In this document: positions 37,601-45,798 of the stretch, piece after piece
How the letters are laid out: every line of letters begins with the position of its first letter
Numbering within the stretch: the first letter of the stretch is position 1
Assembly: GCA_000934665.2 (NCBI GenBank)
Contig: JYFJ02003153.1
Span: 1 to 45,798 of the forward strand
Length of the DNA stretch: 45,798 nt
Origin: Catajapyx aquilonaris
Taxonomy: Eukaryota
Direction of reading: 5' to 3'
Translations under genes and position numbers: made by a program
The notes under the pieces: model-generated
The model's input: only the letters and a program-made list of their open reading frames with translations
Told to the model about the DNA's origin: nothing
Databases searched by the model: none

Positions 37601-39616
37601 AAGGTTAGACATTAACTATTGGTGCAGTCTTTGATTACTTACCAAAATGGTGGTTATCTTAAAGGTTTTGTTGACCACTGTGGGTTCTGTGTGATTAGAA
37701 AAAAGTGCAGTAGCATTGTAGAACACTGGCTCAATGGCTTTCAGTCCACTTTTTTGGACTTGTATGTTTTCCACGAAAAAACCAGTCCTGCTTCCATTTG
37801 GGCTGAATATGATATGACCAGTTATACCTTCTAAATTTATCTGTAACAAACATGCTGCATTCAGTTTCAATTTAACATGTATTGAAAGGTACTGTACCTT
37901 GTAAATACAGGATGGCTAAGGGCTGGTCGCACCAGAGCAAGATTCAGGTACAGGTATGTGTTTACCTGGCCTACCCATGATACGATTACCTCGTATTAAT
38001 TGTTAGTGTATTATTAACAGCCATTAATAACAAGGGGAGCTGCACCTGAACCTGAATCGTGCCCTGCTGCAACCAGCCCTAATAACAATAAAAGTCCTAA
38101 CCGAGACCAGTTTTTCCCTGAGAGCATTTCCGTAGTGCCATGATTGGCTTTCGTTATTGCAATCAAGGGGAGCAAATTCTTCCAAAGGTGTAGACCTGTG
38201 CAGGCTGTCAACTGCCTTGCCGTACAGTTGCACAGCATCATACATCAAAGCTGCCTCGGTCTGAAAAATAGGACAAACAATATTACCTTATTACTATGAA
38301 GAATCATCATTTTGCTTTGTATCCAGAAATGATTGCATACAGGGAGGTTTTCTTCTGTAATATTTATGGCACTTGCTGCATATTTCTTGTGCTCCATTAT
38401 TTTCTGAACATGATCCGAATAAATATTCATAATGCGAACACCGCTGATGTTGACTTCGGCATATCTGTAATCGTCTGTATTTATTGTGTGGAAATCCTGA
38501 AAAATGGCAATGTTTATTTAATAAGTTATTATTGTTAGGCAAATATTGGCCACAGTCCATGTATGAGTAAATATTATTTGTGAATTGCCTAAGGAACTTC
38601 CTGCATATGTGTACTTGCACATGTCACATGTAGACATAATACAGCAGTTACATCAACTGCTATTACACATACCATATTGGAAATGATATACCCATTGCTG
38701 TTCGTAATCATTCCAACCAGTTGAGCTTGCTTCAAAAATATTGTTGTTTTGTTAACGGAAGTGTGCAAGAATATGTTGTTCAGATTTTCATTCTTCAGCG
38801 ACCATAGGAAGTCCCTGAATAATATTAGTAAAATATGAATATACCAAGCACAGGGCTGCCACAAATTCAAAGAGAACGCCTGGTGATTACGCACTTAAAA
38901 TCATGACCCTGCGGAATTTTTCGAAGAAACAAATTCTCTTGGATAGGTGAAAATGTCACGAACAAGTCTTGAAAGAGAGCGAGTGATTCTTCATCTTCAT
39001 AAACGACAGCAAAGGACTTCCACCCCCAGGCATTCATCATTGCAATAAACTCTTGAACAATTCCGGAATAATGTGGATGAACGTTAATTGCTTGTCTGGC
39101 TATTCGATTTGGTGGCCTGGAGTCTGCATGTATTTGCAAACATGGGATGTTCTTAGCTTGGCATATGGATTCCACATATGTGGCATCGAAGAAATTGGAT
39201 GGACCGAACAGTGCCAACACACCCAGGCTTAACAGCTTGCATGCTGAAATGTAAAAACAGGCGAAAATTATATATATAGGAACGGTGACTAACAGAAGTT
39301 GCGTCTAACCTTGTACGTGCATTTGGTGCACATCGTCTATAGTAATGAAAGTGACGTAAGCAATCAGGTTGATGTCAGGAAGAATATCGGGATTTCTGTT
39401 GACGTCACTGACTGCTGCCTGGAAAGCCTGATGTTGGATTTTATCTTCTTTGTCAAATATTCCCCCTTGGCAAGAAATATTGAGATAAAAAAGCTGTTAG
39501 CTATAGTTTCACGACAAAAAGGTGCTGCACTTACCGATTCGAATTGTCGTCAACGGAGAACATTGCACCTGAGTGCTGAGGATGACAGCTGCAGCTAATA
39601 TTGTATTTGCCACCAT
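34625..39616 (-). CDS. Ionotropic glutamate receptor subunit, kainate-type, divergent
   Basis: 16 phase-consistent exons: 39616-39535, 39465-39310, 39243-38895, 38814-38673, 38496-38341, 38260-38102, 37840-37643, 37586-37383, 37310-37226, 37052-36914, 36842-36720, 36632-36434, 36306-36075, 35838-35723, 35006-34860, 34798-34625. Signal peptide, ATD (IRIGGIF, LALFGP), S1 (GNDRYEGFAVDL, WNGMIGE, SERAEDLDFT), M1, pore (SFWYTIGALMQQG), M3, S2 (GGST, YAFFMES, LDSKGYGIG), M4. Confidence 0.93.
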
Positions 39617-40725
39617 ATTGTTTAAAAATTCCTACGTAAATTAAATTAATTATGATTTTACGTCAGCTATATACTCCTCGAACTGAATACATCTCACAGG
39701 TATAAAAGTGCACATTTAAATTGTATTGTTATGATGGATTCGCGTGCTACTCTACACCCTTATTTAGTGTTACTTACGATAATGCGCAATGTGAAGCTTG
39801 GGCTCAGCTACCACATTTTGTGATGTCTTCCGTGTAATACCTGAGAGCTATGGCAAGAGGTGACTGCTTACCTGTTGCGTGTTATCAGACGGGTGTGGCG
39901 CACAGTGGATTCTCGCTATTCTGTCACCAACACATTAGCACAATTAGGAGGAATTAGTCGAGTGCTGCTGTATATAGCTTTATTTTCACTTATACATTAT
40001 TACGAGAGGCGAGTCCCACAGTGCCATCAGAGGCAAACACGGGCTGTGGAGATTAGTATAATTGAACATTTATACTCTATAGCCTACTTACTATAGGGTC
40101 GAGTGAATATAGATAGGCATTAGATTAACCTCTACTAATTACAAGAACGGGGGATATGAATAGTAAACACGACATGATTGTAAACATTTTAGCAAGTTTT
40201 TTTTGTCATTTCTCGTATTGAGATCTGTACAGTATACAATGTATTCAGCTACAAAGCTCTTATCAGGGTAATGATTTCTCATTTTTCAGCTGGTGAGATA
40301 ATTAAGTAGGTATGTTCAAAATACTGGTAAACTGAATGAAATATTTTGCCTAACAAATCATGAAAAATGTAATTCACTGTTTAATCTTGTTTCTGTTCAT
40401 CCCAGCTCTTATCAAATTGTGGGACGAATCTACAGTTACATATTGAATACTTGTTAAACATAAAACAAATGTCATCTAAGAAATTCATATCTAAACCAAA
40501 ACTTAAATAGAGTTATAATGATAATTTTTCTACAGAGTATAACCTCTCGTCGTGGCAACGTCACTGCTGATAATGTGAGGAATAGTAGGCCTATTCAAAT
40601 TTTAGGAGCGTAATCTCACGTAGACATATAAAATCGATCAAGAAGAGCTTCTCTGGGAAATACAAAATTGAAATCAGCATTAACTACAACTTATAGATTC
40701 TGCATATGGTTTTACCTCTGCAATG

Positions 40726-41961
40726 TTAAGAGAGTATGGGTTGTTGGCAATATCCGACAACTCCTAGGGAGTCATGTACCGCTCTGTCAGGCGATTCGTG
40801 TCGAGGACAACACTTTCGATCTCCGGGACAGTTGAAATCGCCAACGCATCCAATCTCCCAGTCCTGGTTTAGAAAGCGACTGTTTGGTCTACCCACTGGA
40901 GGGCATTCTCCCGGCTTCTCGTCTGAATAGGACGGAAAAGGACAGTCACGAAGTAACCCGTGATGCAACATGTATAGTCTGAGTAGGTGTGGCGTAGGAG
41001 TAAAGTATGCTACTATTTTCGTGTAATAGCGCATAATTATTGTCTTAATTGAAATAATTATTCAAATTATATTATGTCAAAATTAGTGCCAGTGCAGTTG
41101 GTTCGCTAGTTTGAATATGGATTAAATGCATTAATTCAAGCTTTAAGACTAAAGTGAGACCTACCTTCAAGACGCTGAATTTTTGCACAGCAATCGTGCG
41201 GATCAAAAAACTTGGTGGAGTTGTCCAGATCTTCAATACTATTTCGAGCGCAATGGGATCTTCTGCAAAGAGGCCAGTCTTTCGACTCTGTAATAGTGTA
41301 AAAATTCTGTAAAAGCACGCGTAAAAACTGAACGAACACCGCACTCCGGACATGCGTACCTTGTTCACCGCAAAAGTATCGTGGACAACAAGACCCTTTT
41401 TCCTGAACCTTAGAACATGTTCTGTTGAAAGGTGGCGGAGCACACTTCACTTCTTCGCAGTGTTCCTGATTACAAAAAAATGGATTCGGAGATTGTTTTG
41501 ATTATCACAATTTTAAAAACTCAAAAAGGATCTTACGGGGTGCGCTTGAATAGGGCAGCAGAGCCAAGGGGCATCCATCCAGAGGGTTCCAGGGGGCATC
41601 TCTTTGCAGGAGACATGCGAATTGCTGTTGCAGGGGTGATAGTGCAGTCGCTCTTTTTTTTTAGGGGATAATTATCGTTTTATATTGGGTATTAAATGGT
41701 ACAAAAATATCAAAGGCTTCAAAAATTACCTGTGCAAAAGTACATCTTGCGTTCCAACCATGGTAACTGAATTGACACGCAATCATGTCCTTCTACTGGG
41801 GTCAAAGTCGGAATGGGCAAATCTGTCCCGGGGAATAAACCTCATTAGGCTCCACCTTCAATGGCATTGAATTGCACAAGAAAGTACTTACCAGCATTAT
41901 CTTCCTGGGAAGTTACTTCAACTCCAACAAACACAAGGGTAAAAATGGTAATTAGCTGCAT
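40726..41961 (-). CDS. Secreted cysteine-rich protein with CC-containing modules and a C-terminal WAP-like domain
   Basis: Exons 41961-41892, 41840-41730, 41652-41537, 41465-41360, 41287-41165, 40922-40726. Signal peptide MQLITIFTLVFVGV; modules ...WLCCP, GSCCPRYFC, DCCAK; terminal KPGECPP...CVGDFNCPGDRKCCP...YCQQP. The acceptors of exons 2 and 3 are atypical. Confidence 0.72.
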
Positions 41962-42636
41962 TGTGGCTACACATACACGCGATTCACATAGTTGGTCATA
42001 TTTCACACCGTCCAGTATATGGAGTGGAGCATACCCGAGTAGGGAAAGTGAGGCTTGCGTTCCATTTATGTCCCGGCGGAAGTCCGAAATGACAGATTGG
42101 TAACAAGTCGCAACATTTGCTGGATTCGAGGAAGTAAGGTGGAGTACGTATGACAATAGGCCATATAACGACCCACATATGCGGAGCAGTGTCTCATTCG
42201 CCGGAAGCGGAATTAAGAGCACCCATTCTGAATTTACAACATGATAACTTTCACGCAATGCTATATGCCATATTAGTGGCACGCACTGCAGAAGAGCAAG
42301 GCAAATGCGACTTATTTGAGCTTAATTGTCAATTCATGGCTTGCAAAAATTGCAAATAATTGCGCTTATGACGAGCCTAAATAATATTTCAACCTGTGAA
42401 CATCGATTATGCAGTAAAGTGTTCATGCTGTGACCTCTTCTAGAGCAATGTTTTGTTTTATGAAAGTCGACTCGATAGATGGCAGTGGGTTGTTGTTCGA
42501 GAATGTAAGGGAAAACTGCAATGTACTGTAAATATGGGCCATTAATTTCAAAAAATGGGAGTCCAACATGTGAATTCAATAGCTTTTATTTCGGTCAAAG
42601 AATGGGTTCAGGCATCTATTTTACGTACATGACTGT

Positions 42637-43959
42637 TTACGCATTGATAGCAGTGGCAATAGCCGAGGCTCCCTTGCGGGCACCTTCGATGTCAACTGCC
42701 TTACGGGCACCCAGCCCTGCTTCGGTAAGGCCTTCCTTGTGGGCACCAGAAATAGCAGTTGCAATAGCTGAAGCTCCCATTCTGCTGTTCTCCATGTCCA
42801 TTCCGGACATTCCCTCGTGATGAACACCAGCAAGGCCCATCCCGGAGAAACCTTCCTTATGATCAAAGCCCATCCCAGCAGCCCCTTCCCTGCGGAAGCC
42901 AAGACCCATGTCGGATACTCCTTCCTTGTGAACCAGGTTCACGCCAGAGAGTCCTTCGCGATGGATACCAAGACCAGCCATGCCTTCATTGGCGAATCCA
43001 TGTTCCATGCCGGAAATTCCTTCCTTGTGACCATCAGCAAAGGCCAATCCGGAAACTCCTTCACGATGGATTCCAAGACCCAGACCAGTAGCACCCTCGT
43101 TGCGGATGAGTCCCATACCAGTCAAACTACCCTTGGAGCCAAAGTCGAATCCGGCGATGCCTTCCTTGCCAACCAACTCCAGTCCAGAAGTGGCAACAGG
43201 GACTTCATAAACGGTGCTGACCGAGCTGACTGGGTGCAGCAGGGTCAGGGTGTCGAAGCCTGTTCCCAAGAAGCTGCTACTGGGCAGTGATGCACTGGAA
43301 CCCACCAGACGATTCGCGTTGATCGACGACCTCTTGAATGAACTGTCAGCGCTGCTGCTGCTCCGGACAGAGCTGGAGGAGGAGTATGATGATGGCATGG
43401 TGATGATGCGGATGGTCGGGATGGATTCCCTGACGACGGGCACAAATGGAACCTGGAATAATTGTGCATAACACATTAAATCACAGAATCGTGTGGAAAA
43501 TGGCAGGCAACTTACATCTCTGTTCAGCATAAAATTTCTGGTGTCAATGTTGCTCCCTACTTTCATGGCAGCTGCGTTACTGAGGGCCATGCTGACATCG
43601 CCGGTCTTAACAATTGAAGGTGAACCGGAAGTCATTTGGATATTGGTGTTGGACAAGTGAGCTTCTGGAACTACATAGACACAACGATCAGATGTTGTGA
43701 AATCTTAAGCAAAATGGCAAAATATTACCCATGTTGTATCCACCGCTGGTGATATGTGCATCACTCATGGTGACTGGCTTACTTCCGCCAACGTTGATTT
43801 CATTGTGGGCTCGAATTTCATTGTATCCACCCACATTCTCAGTTGGGAATGCGAATGCAGTGGTGGCCAGCAGAGCTACAAGCTGAAAATGCATGCGTGA
43901 GGATGACTTATTTTTATCCTTAGTTGAAAAAGTGAAGGACTTACCAGGAAGGAACCCAT
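42637..43959 (-). CDS. Secreted Gly/Ser-rich repetitive protein (H[K/R]EG repeats), unknown function
   Basis: Exons 43959-43945, 43882-43729, 43670-43516, 43452-42637. Signal peptide MGSFLLVALLATTAFA, a Ser tract, about 12 xEG repeats and a duplicated GASAIATAI motif. The spliced product has no Cys. Confidence 0.8.
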
Positions 43960-43984
43960 CGTTGATTCTTCAGTCTTGGTCTCG

Positions 43985-44019
43985 AACTGACTTCCGAAGC
44001 TTTGCGTTGCCCTTTTAAA
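43985..44019 (-). promoter_or_regulatory. Candidate core promoter (TATA-like box plus Inr) of the repetitive secreted protein gene
   Basis: Minus-strand TTTAAAA (44019-44013) lies about 31 nt upstream of the arthropod-type Inr TCAGTT (43990-43985), which is about 30 nt before the ATG. Confidence 0.55.
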
Positions 44020-44564
44020 CCCAGAAGATGTTGCCTCCGGCCCATGCTTTCAACCAGTATCACTTCTAATGTCGTGGGTTCTGAAAAACATATTAGAGAT
44101 AGTGAGATACTATATCTAGGAACAAGTTTGACCATAGCACGAACAACATACATTACTTTGATTTCTTTCTCAAGACACTTATTTGTACTCATTGTACCAC
44201 TATCATTGCCATTACTAAGCTATTCACGCAACTTGACATAAAAACGGCATGGTTCCAATAGTGTAAGCGTGTTAATGAAAATAATTCTGGAATTTTTATG
44301 AGCTTATTAGCCGACAATGATGATAATCCAATTTTACAAATGAAGTTGCGAACTCACGCGTAATCGAGAGTAAATCGTAATCAGGTGTACTGTACATTTC
44401 GGAGAATAGCAGGCCGCTCACATCAACTTTATTTTCCCAAAGTGAGAAATTAAAATATTAAAATAAAAAATAATTTCAAGCTCGCATTTATTTCTAGTCA
44501 ACAGGCACAAGGTGCATGGTACAGTATATTATACGCTAGGCAGCATATACCACTGTAAGATGAA

Positions 44565-44650
44565 GGAGGGGAAAGCTCGGGCATGGGATCGAACTCGGGA
44601 TCCTTACACCCGTGGGCGCGAACGTTACCGCAGCGCCAAATTGCTAGGCT
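44565..44650 (-). mobile_element. Degenerate tRNA-like head (SINE remnant); related copy at about 11195-11260
   Basis: Minus strand TTGGCGCTGCGGTAA ... GAGTTCGATCCC; similar TTGCGCTGCGGCAA ... GGTTCGATCC near 11.2 kb. Confidence 0.45.
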
Positions 44651-45703
44651 GACCGCAGTTGACAGACCTGATAATTTTATGTAGAATGTTGCACTGTTGC
44701 TTAATTCCATCGGATTTGTCTTTTCTCTCCAGGCAAATGATAAGTTAGTGTATTCTCTCAATAAGCACCCTAATCACCACCCCCAGGCCCATCGTATTGA
44801 CTCTTTTCCTTCTCGGCTGCATAGGCAAAGATAAACGGACTCGATGTTAATATAATCAGTAAGTGGCTCCAGAACCGGACACACCTGAGCAAGACCTTGT
44901 GCTGCTTACTGCTTATCGCCCTATTTTGCTAAATTATACTCGAGCAGTCATGCAGCTACCAAGCTATGCAAAAATAGGGACACATAATTATGCACTGACA
45001 ACTAGACTGACAATCCCCTGTAGTAGGATACTTTTTTGACAGTGTGACCCACTTCTGCTCACAAGGCTGATGAATCGACAACCAAACAATAGTCGCTCAA
45101 TTTTATTTCATTTGACAGATGCCTTTGTGAGGACTTCGAAATGCAAAACATTGTTGAGTGTTCATTCATGTCAGTTGTGTGTGTTTGGCACGGGTGTTTG
45201 GTGTGGACGTAGCACAAGTGGTCACATATGCCTGTCGTTCTAAATATAATTTTAAAATCGCGTCGACGTTCTGCTCATTCCCACCAATGTGCTTCTTCGA
45301 TACTTACGCTATCTCCCGCATGTACTTATTGTCGTAAAGAAAGAGCTCCATCACTGCAAGACGGACTAATGACTGACAAGAAAATACTTGTAGCCTACTA
45401 CAGTATTATATAAATTTTCTGGGATGTAGGCTACTAGAACAGCTGAATGTTCGGGAACTGAAGGCCACAAAAACTACTGACGTATTTTTATTTTTAAAAA
45501 CTGCTGTTAATATTGGCTCAATTTACATCACCCGGGTCATTAATTTGGTAATTTGTGTATTTCGGATATCATGAAGTAACAAGGCACAATAATTTGATAT
45601 GATGCGACATAGAAATAACTCAAATTGAATCGTGTTCACTCTTTGACTCGTTAAATTTGGGCAAACACGATTTCTTGACAAATTTTAAGTGTATAGTAAC
45701 GTA

Positions 45704-45798
45704 CGAGGTAGGCGCCAAAAGTTTCCGTCCTAGCTATGTTCCAGGGGTGATAGAAATAAAATGACAGTGTTATTTTTCAATATAGTCTCCTTGTACAC
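45704..45798. mobile_element. Probable left end of a mariner-like element (runs off the window)
   Basis: TA|CGAGGTAGGCGCCAAAAGTTTCCG resembles a mariner TIR. The partner end is not in the window. Confidence 0.45.

Noticed and set aside
42817..43471. Long plus-strand ORFs antisense to the repetitive secreted gene
   Set aside because: Shadow frames of a repetitive, GC-rich coding exon; no independent gene signals.
1..45798. CRISPR array, operon or phage/defence system
   Set aside because: The window is intron-containing eukaryotic DNA with no repeat-spacer array or prokaryotic genes.

Overview
This is eukaryotic genomic DNA, very likely from an arthropod (short GT-AG introns, TCAGTT initiator, a 26/29-kDa proteinase). 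There are no prokaryotic features. By hand-splicing I reconstruct eight genes. On the minus strand: a 26/29-kDa cathepsin-L-like proteinase (<1-7189), an aldo-keto reductase (9263-10551), a kainate-type ionotropic glutamate receptor with a strongly diverged M3 gate and a GC-AG intron (34625-39616), a secreted Cys-rich protein ending in a 6-Cys WAP-like domain (40726-41961), and a secreted Gly-rich protein with H[K/R]EG repeats (42637-43959). On the plus strand: two adjacent orphan low-complexity genes (about 13614-15991 and 17969-19100, the second with an in-frame TAG) and an ankyrin-repeat/SOCS-box gene (20693-33590). Introns and intergenic DNA are dense with non-autonomous DNA transposons (piggyBac-, Tc1/mariner-, pogo-, hAT- and Sola2-like, plus a Helitron), tRNA-derived SINEs including a V-domain-like SINE, and foldback hairpins. 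The most notable items are the altered iGluR gate, a MITE carrying a tRNA-Met-like Pol III cassette next to its own empty site, the repetitive secreted protein, the orphan gene pair and a sharp CpG mosaic. All splice models and family calls were read by eye without databases and need RNA-seq and homology checks.
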